Shown here: positions 25,773 to 39,566 of the stretch, one piece after another
Layout: each line of letters begins with the position of its first letter
Position numbering within the stretch: position 1 is the stretch's first letter
The notes under the pieces: generated by a model
What the model was told of the DNA's origin: nothing
Database searches by the model: none
What the model saw: only the letters and a program-made list of their open reading frames with translations
NCBI GenBank assembly: GCA_964234715.1
Contig: OZ174279.1
DNA length: 64,000 bases
Source of the DNA: Podarcis melisellensis
Taxonomy: Eukaryota
Reading direction: 5' to 3' (one strand)
Made by a program: the position numbers and the translations under genes

Positions 25773-28700
25773 CTTTTTATCCCAGGTCAATCTGTTTTCC
25801 CCATCTACCTCGGTACAGTATTGTCTACTTTGACTGCCAGCAGTTATTCAGAGTGTGAGGGAGAAGTGGCTGCCTAAAAACCAGCTGCAGGGAATTGTAA
25901 GCGAGAAGAGTGTTGTTGCATTCATATCTTGTTCGCAGGCATCTGGTTGGCCATTGTGGGAACAGGATGCTGGACTAGATGGGCCTTTGGTCTGATTCTG
26001 CATGGCATTACTTACTTTTTTTTTTAACCAAAACCTGCTTCTTGATCCTTTAAACTGTAAGGATTGAATTTGGGGCCTTTTGCCCACAAAACATTGTTTT
26101 CTGTTACTGAATTATGACCCTTCGTCATGCAGTTGTTGTGGTGTGTAAGAGAGACAGAGAATATTGGAACCACGTGAGTGGGACAAATTTCTTTTCCAGT
26201 AGCCATCTCACTAAAAAGTAGGGCAACAATTCCTGGGCTCAATCCACATAGTTGAGCTTACTCATGAGGTTTGAATACTCATGCATACTGCATCAGTGTG
26301 ATATTGTGCTACAAGGAAACAGGTTTCTTGCTGCGTGTGAATGGAACTATTTGCAGAGTTCACCTGCACATTGCTTATGTAAGCACCTGCGCATCTGACT
26401 ACCACGTTGTGGAAACTGTATTTCTCGTCCTCTTCCACTCACAGTTCTTTGGATCACAGCCATCATTCTGCTATTAAATGCAGGCAGGCATTCAGGTGTA
26501 AGCAATTAGAGTACAGTCTACCTGTAATTTGACTTGTCCTTTCAAAATATTTTAAAGCTCTCTGTAACTTTCTCTTTGAACCTGTATATTGCCAGTAAAA
26601 TATACTGAATACCTATCACTCTGTAAAATTAAAGTGCTTACTCATATGAGATGTTCAGATCTGAGCTCTGAGGTCATATGCTGAGTTCCGCAGATGGGAA
26701 AAACTGGTCTCATACAGTATTCAGTAACATCTCAAGGAAACGACATTATGACTGTTTAGTGGATTTGCAAGTGAAAGAGGGAAAAAACCCATGAATATAG
26801 TAAAGAGACATATAATTATATCCATTCATTCTGGGGCTAGAATCAAGATAGTCTATTCACAATGATTACAGTTGTGTATTTAGCCACTACCACCCCTTTC
26901 TTGAGCTCCACTTTGATTTTGCAGGATGGGTGGTGGGTGGGATGACAAAGAAGGACAAATTCCTTGCTAAAAATATTTATTCATACCTCCTGGAAGTGAA
27001 TTTTCCTGTATTGTGTATTTGTGCATAAAATCAATCAAATCTTTTTCAGTCAGCCCAACTACTGTAAGTTGCTAGATAGCCTAATTGTAATAGGCAATAT
27101 TCTTGGAGAAATACCAGAACTTAATTGTACAGGCAGCCTTGGTTAGTTAATTAGCTTGTCAACCAGTTCTTTTTAGTCTTGGCTGCTACTGATTTATACC
27201 CAGTAAGAATATAAAAGGATTTTCTGGTGTAAAATGAGAATGCAGGTTCCTATAATGCATTCTCATGGTGCTATCTTTTTTCTTTCTTTTCTTTCATCTT
27301 CCCCCCCTCCTGATCCTTTTCCCTACCAACAAAACGAAAAAGCAAACTTTGAAGAATCTATTAAGATATCTAAACTACTAGTTAGTTTGCTTCCTTTTGA
27401 GGTCACACCTGCCAAGAGTACAGTTTGTTACTCTTTGTGGTCTTCAGAATCTGCATTTGTGCAGAACAAAGAGCAGGAATAGAGAGCCTATGGTACAACT
27501 CCGAATGTTGCTGGACTGCAACTCCCATTATCCCTGAACCATTTGCCATGCTGCTTGGGGCTGATAGTTTATCACCCCGGTCTAGACCTTGGAAGAGCTT
27601 GAAGCCCTTGCCCTCAATTGCGGAGAACTGTGTCACTGCATACCTCAAAGATGGGGCCTCTTTAATTGTAGCCTGTACATAGCATTCCTTGGTGTTGATG
27701 GCTTTCATAAGCAGCCCATGTCTCGATGCTCAGCATTTCTCCATATAGGCAGCCTTAGTGTCTGATAAAAGCTCATGCTTTCTGTCTTGATGGCCTTGGT
27801 ATCTAGCCCAAGCTGCGGTAGGTGTTTTTTTCTGCACTGACAGCATTGTGTGGAGGAAGGGGTTCGATAAGGATCTGAGTGATGGACCATCCTTGAAATC
27901 TTTCCCTCCTCATAGGTCCTTCTCATATATTATCCTCTGCATTTTCATGATGTTTTGTGGATATCCTCTTGGAAGTTACTGGGGGAATATTATCTACACT
28001 ATAAACTTACTTTAGTTTTTGTAACCAGCTCCAGTGCCATGGTTTTCCACAAAGAATGCAAGGAATTAAACTTTGATGAGAGTGCTAAGAATTATTTTAG
28101 AACTACACTTCCCAGGCTTCCCTCGAAAGAAAGGAATAACTGTTCTGTGGTGTAGATAGGGCCTAATATATCACTTTTTTCCTCTCCTTTGTGCAAAAGC
28201 TGTCCTTCCATGACTAAGTGTACTTTTCTTTGTATTCAGTCTATATCGTAATGTAGTCCAATCACCTTTAAAGCTTTTCAAAAGTACCCATCAATTTGGT
28301 GTGTGTGTGATCTTTGCTGCAGTAGTTGTGCTTTATCTCTCGCAGTTTCCTAAAGTGAATTGTGTCAAAATAACCTTGCACAGATAGATACCTATAACAA
28401 CTGTAGGAATATCTTTGTGGTTTTGTGTATATGTGTGATTCTTGTGGCTCCCACTTAAATGTATAAGTTTCAGAAATAGATGTTGATTTGTCCAGAGCAT
28501 TCTATCAAATGCTTTGAATCACAATGTAGCACCCCATCAGTGCAGCCCAGTGTTTGCTTTGAATGGATTCCGTTCCCATTTTTGCTTAAGTCCTCCTGAA
28601 AAGGTCTGTCTCTTTCAGGAATATGAAATAATTTAATGCCTTTTGAAAACATGCTCTGATTTGGGGAAAGCAGTGTTTACCCCTCCTTCCCTGAAAGGTG

Positions 28701-29940
28701 CTACAAACAATGGAGGAATACTTGAAACACTTCAAAAGTAATGTATGCTTCATGTCTCAGTGACTTTTTCCTTTCCCATTTCCATGTTAGTGGCTAGACT
28801 AGCTACTGATCAATGTAAATATTTTATCTCAAGGTGATGTCCAACTTAAGTTGGCTTTATTTATTTAGTCATCTTCCTTTCTTTTTTAACCACTAAGGCA
28901 AACTACAAGGTAGGTTTGGCTGAGAGATAAGGACTTGTAGAAGACTACTTTGTGCAATGGCTGGGGAGAGGTTTTTTGTTTTTACTTCAATTTCACTTGT
29001 AGGAGGGTGGTAGCTTGTGTAAATATATCATCAGGATGTGTGAAAGACTCAGAGGTCCCTAGAAAAGCCTGGGTCTCTTTCAGTCTTGTTAGCCCCGTTT
29101 TGGAGACCAGATTCCAAAGTGGGCAACAACAACAAAAGGGAATAATATAGCAACTCAGTCTCTAATATATCACCTGCTGATTGTAGGCTGTGTCCCGACA
29201 GGGACATTATATTGCAAACAGGTCGTTCCGATCCAATTTTTCTGTGTGCGTGATTGGCACATATGAGGGTCCACATGCTCCCATTTTTCCCATTCCCTAA
29301 ATTGCTATTCCGCTACTTGCAGTCAACCCCACTGGGTAGAACTAGGCAGAAAATATCCTGGATATTTTTTTTTGTCCCTCTCATCAGTCACTCCTTTACA
29401 CACTCAGACTCAGTTAGTTTACAGGATTGAATTGTAGTTGGCTTGTTCTTTTTTCCCCAAATTATAAATTAATTTTTGTTCACAGTTGCAGGAGATCTGT
29501 AATAATAAAAACAAATTGGGGCTGCTTAGTGCTCTGTGTGTGGTGGGTACACATGCTGAACTTTCTGTAAATTAAGATAATTTCTCTCTCCCAGCCTTCT
29601 CCACTTGACATCTAATTTCAGTTTAAAGGACATTAGGATCTGATTGTGTTGCTGAGATGGAGGGGAATCAGTCAGTCCTAAACCTCTTCTTGCTGCTTTC
29701 TCAAAGCTCTCCAAGCCTCTCTTGCAGCATCAGAGAGGTTTGGGGTGAAAAACAGAAGGCAGCAAGGGAGTTTCCTGATGTTGACAGGCACTTGACTCTT
29801 CCCACTTTTTTCTTTTAAAATATATATCTCTGAGAGCGCCATGTCCCAAGGCATCCTTCTGCTGCAGGAGACCCTTGAAGAAGTCTGAAATAACAGCTAG
29901 AAGAGGACTCTCAGCAGCACAATACTGAGGTGATTTAAGC

Positions 29941-31038
29941 TAGGGATGGGGAAGAAACTGGATTCAGTTTGCATTTAAAGGTGAATCTACCTACTTCACA
30001 CTTTCTGAAATAATATGTTAATCAAAACACAGCCATCCTTTGAAAGTCGCACTTCCGCAAATTTTGCTGTGGAATTTCTGTAGCCAAATTGTTGTTGTTT
30101 AGTCGTTTAGTCATGTCCGACTCTTCGTGACCCCATGGACCAGAGCACGCCAGGCACTTCTGTCTTCCACTGCCTCCCGCAGTTTGGTCAAATAATGTGC
30201 AGCCAAATAATGTGTACCAAAATGCATATGCTAGGGTTTGCATAAACATGCATATATTAATGAAAATAACATACAAAAATGTATGTTACAGAGATGTCTG
30301 GACTTTCCTGGACATGTCATCTTTTTCAGGCTTAAAATTTATATCCAGGCAGAATTTTAAAATGTGACAAAATATCCAGTTTTTGTTTGTTTTGTGGCGC
30401 ACAAGTGCTCATCTACTCAGTACTCTCTCCTCCTCCTCTGGACCCTCTCCCTTCCCTTCCCTTCCCTTCCCTTCCCCTTCCCCTCCCCTCCCCTCCCCCC
30501 CTCCTCCCCCTCCTTCTCCTTCTCCCTGGATCCCTCTTTCATTCTCTCCCCTTTCTCCACTTCTCCAACTCCCTCGTCCCTCCAAGGACTTGCCCCTCCA
30601 CTGCCTGCCGCATCCCTTTTCTTTCTCCACCTTCACGTCCAGCATTCTACCCCCTACACTACGGTGACTCCCCAGCCTCTGCCTAATGACTTCCTGTGAG
30701 TGAGATCCTCATCCAGGGTCTGTCCATCTCTTTAAACCTCTCTCTGCTCATGTGATCTTCTGTTTGTTTTAGGGCCATAGTTCAGTCGCAGGGCATCTGC
30801 TCTGAATGCAGAAGACCCCAGATCCATCGTTAAAAGTAGAAGTCAGCAAATGCATCCTCTTTTTAGCTCTTCAAAATAGGGCAACCCTAGCTAGGCAAAA
30901 ATGCATATAAGAATGCATATTTTAGGAGAAATTTGCACTAAAATGCTGGTGATTTTCATGAAATGTGGAGAACCAAATTTAAGATTAGAAAAATGAGGAG
31001 CTCAGAGAAACCAAAATTGACAAATTCATCCATCCCTA
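29941..31038. mobile_element. Nested repeat cluster: TAGGGATG-ended element interrupted by a BovB tail, a second element with a polypyrimidine tract, and a SINE head
   Basis: Ends TAGGGATGG / CCATCCCTA; BovB at 30089-30191; CT-rich tract 30425-30530; tRNA-like head ~30772-30825. Confidence 0.5.
30089..30191 (-). mobile_element. BovB (RTE) LINE 3' tip with (CAA)n tail
   Basis: Close match to the 3' part of the copy at 34888-35086. Confidence 0.8.
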
Positions 31039-32770
31039 CTTTAAGCTGAATTTGAAGGTCATCTGAAAATGCGGAGAGATAGGAAAGATTGGCACACCCG
31101 CCCACACCCATCCATACAGAGCACTAATCCACCCAAAGTGTTTATTTTTATTATTGCTTGTCTCACACAAATTTGTTCATACAAATTATGTGAATTTCCC
31201 CCCACTGAAATGAATGACACCTAAACATGCATAACTCTGTGTGTGATTGTAGCCTTAGTGTTTGCTTAACACAAATATCACACACACACACACACACACA
31301 CACACGCTCTCTCTATCTCTCACACTCATCCAATTCTTTTGACAAGCCATGGTGTTTCCTATTTCACCTTCCGATTATTTTATCTTCTTTCCTTCTTTTC
31401 TCTGTAATCTTTGCCACCTACAGGTTATCTGTCACCTCCCTGTATATCCCTTAGCCATTACAATAATGTAACCTGTAGGGCCAAAAAAAGAAACCTCTTA
31501 GCACTTTCTATACTGGAAGCATACCTTAGTGTATGCCCTAAGTAACAGTGGGCATGATACATTTACCAATAATAAATAAATAACTGCATTCCTGCTATAA
31601 AGTCTATTGAAGCGATTTATGGATAGTAGAAGCAAAGCAGGGCAGAGTTCTGAAGTAAATTTTATGTTTGTGGCTGAGTTCTTTTGAAGTGGAAAATAAT
31701 GAGAAGAATTTAGCAGGAAAATGGCAGTTTTAAGAAGCCTTTCTAATGTAATGCAAAACTTTGTATTTGCTCAGGGCTTCATAATAGCTTCTAGTTTTGT
31801 AATAAACATGTGCAGCATGCTTTAAATAAAACTTAATAAAATCCTATAATAAAAATGTATACAATATGACACCAACTTTTTACATGCACAAAAATATTCA
31901 CATTAAGTGGACAGCATATATACTGGCAAATCTTTGCCCATCTTCCTTAAATTACACTATAATCATATTATTGCAATAAAATAATGTGAGTTGAGATTTT
32001 ATTTTTGGAAGAGGGTAATTTACCAGTCTGCAGCTTTATTGTTCTGCTTTGTGTGTGCACGCCTTCAAATACAAGATGAAAGTGAGAAAGAGGAGATAAG
32101 TGATGAGAATCATAATGTATTTTATTGGTAATTCTGCAGTTTTAAGAGAACAGAATTTTGTTTATGGGAGAGACCAAATGTTGTTACTTCATAAAGAAGC
32201 AGAAGAGAGAAGGAAAGCTCAGCAAGCTAGACTGACTCTTGGCCTTTTAAACCAGCCCTGAGGTGATATGTAGCCTGCTCCACTGTCATCTCGCTTCAAA
32301 GCTTGTGGTTAAAATGGTTTTTTTTCTGTTTATCATATACAATTTTATATTCATCTGCTGATGATCACAAGGCAGGGCAGAAAATACTGTCAGTGCAAAA
32401 GGCCCTAATAATGATTAGTGACTGATTTAGCTCCCCCTGAATTTCACCTAGAGGGAAATTGAATGCCTAACTTGGACCATGCTGAGGCATAATACCTGGA
32501 GGCGTTTTTGAGGGATTTTTAAAAGGCCACTTCACAGAGGTTTGTGCAGATTCTTAGGGGAGGGAGCTTCACTCCTTTAAGCTGTTTCATGTTCTGCCTA
32601 AAGCAAAATTTGAGATTAATCTGGAGAACCCTTTAAGAAGGTAAAACATCTGTAAGAATTTGGCGAGTAGTTAAGAGTATCACTGTCAAATATTCTTGGA
32701 GGAGTGGGGGAGGTGGCCCTTGGAATATCTTCACATCACCATTTGGTCTGTGGTAGCCAAGGGCTACTTA

Positions 32771-33084
32771 GGGATATGGGTGGTGCTGTGGGTTAAACCA
32801 CAGAGCCTAGGACTTGCCGATCAGAATGTTGGCGGTTCGAATCCCCTTAACGGGGTGAGCTCCAGTTGCTCAGTCCCTGCTCCTGCCAACCTAGCAGTTC
32901 AAAAGCATGTCAAAGTGCAAGTAGATAAATAGGTACCGCTCCAGCGGGAAGGTAAACAGCATTTCTATGCACTACTCTGATTCGCCAGAAGCGCTTAGTC
33001 ATGCTGGCCGCATGACCTGGAAGCTGTACGCCGGCTGCCCTTGGCTAGGTAAAGGGACCCCTTAATGGTCAGGGTCCCTTTACC
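32771..33084 (+). mobile_element. Sauria SINE with rearranged 3' end
   Basis: GGGTGGTGCTGTGGGTTAAACCACAGAGCCTAGG...GGTTCGAATCC...GTCCCTTTACC; flanking repeat TAGCCAAGGGC at 32754 and 33085. Confidence 0.88.
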
Positions 33085-34502
33085 TAGCCAAGGGCAGCAT
33101 AAGATGCTTCCTTACACTGAGTCAAACCAATTGGCCCATCTGTTGTCTACACTGTGTTGTCTACACTGACTGGCACTGGCTCTTCAGGGTTACAGACATG
33201 GAATCTTTTCCAGCTCTACCTGGAGATGCCAAGGATTGAACCATGGACCATCTACATGCAAAGCAAGTGTTCTGTCACTGAGCTACAAAAAGGGCATGAA
33301 AGTGAGTGCAACCATAATTGCCTGGTATGTCTTTTTTTCTGGACAAAAGCACCCTTGGGAAACTACCAGGGACAGAGCACCCTGGTGGGGCCCATTGCTG
33401 TCCTGATGTGTGCCCTGTACAGCTGGATCTTGCAACTGCCACTTTCATTTCCCACAGTGACGCACAGCAATGCCCCACCAGCCAAGCCTTGCAGTGTGGC
33501 CTCTCTCTGTAGGCAGGGTTTAGCTTTTAGCAGCAGGAACAGCAACACCAAATTTATTATATGGTCAAAGATCTGGTAAATAATTGCTATAATTTAAATA
33601 GAAGTACTGTATATTAAACTATTGTGAGGAAGGCACTGGAAGATTAGTGTGCTTGCTCAGTCTGCTGACCAGGTGCTAATAGACAAGTGCAAGGCTCCTG
33701 CTTCTGTTCTTATGATTTCTTATCTGTAAACCAGACTTGGGCCAGGTATCTGTCAAACGGAGGGAACTTTCAAACAGAGGACTGTCCTCTGTAAAGGAGG
33801 CAGCCATGAGTTTAAATGCTTACATGTGTCACCCAGTCATGTGAAAAAGCCACACTTATCACCACTGGTCCACAGCTCTGATTTACATTTTTGGATCAGC
33901 TGTGATTTATATTTTTAGCTCCCCATTTTGCATGTTGCACAAATACTCTTCCCCTGAGGGCATGCTGTTATTTCCAGAACACTGAGATGATTAATAGTGG
34001 AGCTATTTGAGCTCCTCAGGTGGTTTTCATTATTTTCCAGAGATAACCTGTTGTAAGTAAATTTATTCACAAGTCATTGGGCATGCATGGCAACTAGCCC
34101 TGCAAGAATTATTGTATTTGTACTGTGTTTTCAGCTCTAAAGAGCCTGATTTGGGGGGGGGGGTCCCAAGGTAGCTCACATCAATAATTTGTCTTCCAGG
34201 TGAGCAACAATATCTAGAATTTAAACCATTACAGAAATCTCTCACTTGTGGGGTTTGGTGGTAGTGTCTTGATCAAGCCCCACACTTATAAAGGAAGTTG
34301 TGGATTTCTTTATATTTGACATAGAAACTACAGATCTCCAGAATGAATTAAGTTCTTAACCCAAGGTACCACTGTATAAAACCCAATACTTAACAACAAT
34401 TCAATTTCAGCATAACAGCCCAAGTGGGGTTCTTTTTCAAATGGTGATGTTAAAGGCAAAAGGCAGATGGTAGAGATGTAAAGTTACTGGGATTTGTTTG
34501 TT

Positions 34503-34622
34503 TGCTAGGGAAGCAAAGGCTCCATGTCTCGTACCCATCTTATAGATAATGCTGCAAACAGCCATCTCCTCACTGAATAATGATGGAGGCACTTGCCCCA
34601 TAGCGCTTTTCTGTCTCTCACA
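34503..34622 (+). repeat. ~120-bp dispersed duplicate of 35777-35896
   Basis: AAGCAAAGGCTCCATG...CATCTCCTCACTGAATAATGATGGAGGCACTT...CTGTCTCTCACA present twice with few substitutions. Confidence 0.92.
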
Positions 34623-34887
34623 GTAACTTTACATCTCTACCATCTGCCTCCCCAATACTGAACTTTACATTAGGCTGCTGTGAATGTGCAACACAATTAT
34701 TTTGCCATGTACTTACCTCTCAGTATTACATAATTATACATTGTAATTATGTCATTATATGTACTTACTTTAACAACATAATACAGCCTATTTCTAAAAT
34801 GTACATTATTAAGAACATTGTTTTTTACCCAACAAAAAAATTGTTGCTGGAAGGAACATTGTGGCTGCAATGAGCACATTATATTTC

Positions 34888-35086
34888 TTGTTGTTGTTTA
34901 GTTGTTTTGTCATTTTGTCATGTCCGACTCTTTGTGACCCCATGGACCAGAGCATGCCAGGCACTCCTGTCTTCCACTGCCTCCCGCAGTTTGGTCAAAC
35001 TCTTGCTGGTAGCTTCGAGAACACTGTCCAACCATCTCATCCTCTGTTGTCCCCTTCTCCTTGTGCCCTCCATCTTTCCCAACATC
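34888..35086 (-). mobile_element. BovB (RTE) LINE 3' fragment
   Basis: Encodes LMLGKMEGTRRRGQQRMRWLD...WHALVHGVTKSRT, the BovB ORF C-terminus; (CAA)n tail. Confidence 0.9.
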
Positions 35087-38000
35087 AGAAAAGGGCACAA
35101 GGGAATACCTGCTACTTGAAGCAATTGTTTTAGATGTTTCAAAGACTAAATTAGATGACTGCTCCGATGCTTAGACTATAACTCTGAAACAGTTTTCCAT
35201 TGTCAAGTGTAATATTTATTAGTAATCACATATTTAGAAATATAATTTTGCAAAAATGCTTTACAGTACTTAAATCTTGTTTTTAGTCACAACAACCATT
35301 TTACAGATGCACAGTAACTTGGCCAAGTCCACTCAATGAGTTCATGGCCAAGAAGGACTTGTTTATCTTCTTAGTTTTCCTTGGGCATCTGGTTGGTTAT
35401 TGAGAGAACAGGATGCTGGACTAAATGGGCCTTTCCTGTGATCTAGTAGGGTTCTTCTTATAGTCACATGTCTGGCATGTTAAAGATCCCAGGAATGCTG
35501 TTGTCAGAAATTTTGGATAATTGTTGCTAGTTGATGTCAACCACATTGAGCTAGAAAGGCCAATTGATTGACACTGTAGAAGGCAGTTTCCTATGTTCCT
35601 GTCCTCCTAGGGTTAGTTTTATTTTGGTACTTGTTCTGCACACTAATAAAATATTTCATCTCAGAATGTGCCATCCTTCTCCTTTCCACTAAGATATCTG
35701 TTACTTCTACTCTTTTGTTTCATATTTTTATTGTCTTCCCCCACCATCGCATCAACAATGTAGGAATACATACGTATGCTAGGTAAGCAAAGGCTCCATG
35801 CCTTGTATCCATCTTATAGCTAATGCTGCATACAGCCATCTCCTCACTGAATAATGATGGAGGCACTTACCCCATAGCGCTTTTCTGTCTCTCACACTGT
35901 GGCACCCACTACCACCCCACCTAGGCATGCAAGGTTCAATGTGGCAGTGATTCATGGTCCTGGCAGATGCTTTGTTAACTTAAGATGTGTAGGAAATGTT
36001 CTCATTTGCTAAAATTCATAATGGGATGTGAATTATATTTTTAACTAATCCCCTCTTGGTAGGCTCTCTACCCAAAGCATTTAGATTATTAGCAGTGTTA
36101 CATTAGGTTTAGGTGAGCTGCAAGAGAAGGTGCCCCAAGCGGTGTTCCAAGAAGCACTGGAGGAAATCCCTAGATAAAGAGTGATTTTCTCAACATGCAT
36201 TAGGAACATAACCAGCTGCCTCAATTTTAATTTTCAACATTAGACTTTGCATATGGTTTATTTCATCTCATGAGAAACCAGCTACTAAACAGGTCCTGTT
36301 GGACGTACATGGACCCATAATATTAACATTAATAATCTGCTCACTTGCACATCTAATTCGCAGTGCTTCTTGAAGTGCCCAAAGCCAGTCTTAATTTGCT
36401 ATTCATATCAGGAAGAGAACAATCGAGGAAAAGGGGCAATTGTTTTGTTTTTATTTAGCAAAGAGCACATAATTCTGTAGGACATTGACTAAGCTTAATG
36501 GCCCATCATCTGTCCAGGAAGGAGATTATTATAGGTGTAGCAAGCACCTTGACCATCTAGAGAGGCCTTAGCAAATGGAAAGAACCTGACAGAGACTGTT
36601 AATTAAGTCTTTCCATTTTTTAAAAAATACTTTCTGCTTGCATAGGAAATAGAGATGCAGTAGCCTCGCCCTCCTAACTGAGGTTTGCTATTTGGGACAA
36701 AATATCCATAGCAGAATAAACAAGAGTCTATTTTCTTCACTGCGTGTCCTTCATCATTGTTCCGTGGGACGTCTAGAACCTCAGGAAAAATGGGGAAATA
36801 AGTTACATTGAATAATGAGTTGGTTTGTTACCACTGATGTTTATTTACTCAGCAATAGAATATATGTGCATGCCTGATTAGGAAAGAAGGTTGTTATAAA
36901 GTGGATTCACATTGATGCTTCTCAAGGGCAAATTCCAAAAGAAATCTCCTAATCCTTCTCTCTCTTAAGGTATTCAGCATTCCAGTTATGATGAAGTAGG
37001 TTATCTTTGTTATGGAGTGAGTCATAGTTCCTCAACTTCAGCAGTGTCAACACAGTCTTAGTAGTAGAGCCAACCTAATGCATATTTAAGAACACACATT
37101 AGTTGGTAGAAGGTGATTCATTCCAGTAGATTCAGTGTGTATTCTAATAAAACACCAAATGACAGCGAAAAGCAGAAATATTGAGAGAGACATGCAAATA
37201 AATTTATTCACTTAATATAGAATTCCTTTGTAATAGAGTGGTACATCTTTGGGTCACCTTTTAGTGATCCAATTGCCTAGCTAAACTGGGTTCACAGAAA
37301 CAACCCTTAAACATTATGGCAATTCAAAGTAGAGTTTTGTCTGGACCTGAGCCTTTATCAGTTTCTGAATCTCAGTCAGGTATACCATGTCCCAGCTTTG
37401 TCCAAAGGATGAAACTGTAGGGAGACAAGCCTTTTTATAACAATAGATCAGAGTGGGTCAGGTGGTGCTCTTGATTCCTATAAAAGCTTCCTGGTTAAGA
37501 TTGCTCACTTATTTGAGCAGTTAAGAGGATTCTATTCATGTTTTCTGTGTTGGCAACAACACATGCTTTGCATCTAGTGGATTCCAGGTTCAGTCACTAG
37601 AATATGCAGTTTGAAAGACTGAATTGACAGGAAAGACACCTCTGCCTGAGACTATGGAGCACTGCTGCTAGTCAGTGTATATAATACTGGGCTAAACCTA
37701 GTATAAGCATCCTCTTTTCTTTCCCTACATATTTGTCTGTTCCTGCCTACAGCTGGGCAGGAACTGAGTCTGACAAGTGGCTACTGAATTATTGCCTGAA
37801 ACAAAAGCAAATGTGGGAGTTTCTCCCCACATCACAGAAATTTTTAGCAAAATACTTTTGCTAAGATTGACAGTAGGTTTGTCCAGATGACCTGTGCTTT
37901 GGCTTAATTCATCTTGATTTCTTTGCACAAAGGTTGCATGGTGATTAGACTATATCTAGCCTTTATTGAGCATTTGTTCCAAATAGTTTACAGGCTGGTT

Positions 38001-39272
38001 GTATGGCAATGAGCATTTATCCTATTTGGCTTTTGGGATCTTCACATTAATCATGCATTCATCCCACACTTTTCAGAGCATTTCCCTGTCACTTTCCTAA
38101 CTATAAAAAGTTCGTGTTATTTTTAAAGTGGATTTTCTGTGCTAGGGTGACAGAGTGCTTTATTCCACTTCAATTGTTCAAAGCTAAATTTCTGATATGC
38201 AATTGAATCCCTCTCACAATATAACGACAATTTGGAGGCACCCAGTAATAGTTGGAGGCACCCCACACATCTGTAGTATAACTAAAAGAAAGATGAACAG
38301 AAATGATATTGCAACAAGATGCCCAGGATGTATTTTATAGGATATTAAAAGTTCAAAGGACAGCATAAGTCTGAAAAATATCATTTTATCACATGGAAGC
38401 ACTACAGTATTGCCCCAGGACAAATCAATGGTTCTTGGAGTCAGATCAGGAATAATATATGTGCTTTCTTGCCAAGGGTCAAGGGGCTCATTGTTGAAGT
38501 TCCAGTTTTGAAGGCATATTTGGACAAGTTCAGAGGACGTAATTAAATTGATTTTCTGTCCCTGAGCTACATGTCCCCATCAAATTAATCTGATGCTAAT
38601 GAAGTTTATGGACCATCTTCTCCAAGATGTCTACAAAATAGCGGGAAATAAATTAGCCAAATTGGAATGATAATAGTTTGATGGAAGTGCCTTTTACTCT
38701 GCTGGAACCAATTCTGTATTAGTTCAGATCAATGAGACAAGGGCAACTGCCAGATCATCAACTGCCACAATACACTTAATAAACTATAACGTCTTCATAC
38801 TATGAAAAGTGTCTGACGCCTCCTTTTTATGCACACAGTACAACCATCAGAAATCGATTTCTGAGAATCTGCATCTTTGTGATAACATATACATTGCAGA
38901 GTAAGGTCATCAATCCACAGTATAAAGGTTTACTCAAGGTCCAAAGAATGCCAGCTGTCACTGTTTTTAAAAAGTCGCAAGACATCATGGTTGACTAGCA
39001 ATTTTGTTGTGTTCTGATCTGATGCTTGCTCTCGCAAGGCTAGAAAGCTGGAGGCAGGTCAGAAGTTGCAGGACTATGGATAGCGTAGAGTGAGCAATTT
39101 GCTCTGAAAAAAGTTGAGGGCTGCTTAACCTTTTAAAGCCCTGGCCTCTAGCTTCAATGCCTTTTGGAGAACTTTGAAGCCTTAAAAGGCTAACCCTTTG
39201 GCTTGAAAATGGATATTTCCCCTCCATTTTGTACCCCCCCCTTTCTGGTATAATCTCTGTGGTGCTGGACCA

Positions 39273-39566
39273 AGGACATGGTACCATTTTAACAATCCCA
39301 CACAACTATTTCAAAAAGGTCCTATTACATATTTGGTAGCCAACCAATTTTCTGTAATTTGATGTGTGGTGTGAAGATTGCACCAGTATTTCCAAAGTTA
39401 TGACCCTAAATAGGACATGGTACCATTTTAACAATCCCACACAACTATTTCAAAACTATTTCAAAAGTGGTCATATTACATATTTGGTCGCCAACCAATT
39501 TTCTGTAACTTGATGTGTGGTGTGAAGATTGCACCAGTATTTCCAAAGTTATGACCCTAAATAGGA
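39273..39566. repeat. Tandem duplication, ~140-150-bp unit x2
   Basis: 39273-39411 repeated at 39412-39562; AGGA at all junctions. Confidence 0.92.

Noticed and set aside
30364-30699. Four overlapping Pro/Ser- or Gly/Glu-rich ORFs
   Set aside because: Low-complexity CT tract lacks stop codons.
31950-32500. Repeat-free stretch that might be a conserved enhancer
   Set aside because: Conservation cannot be judged without alignments.
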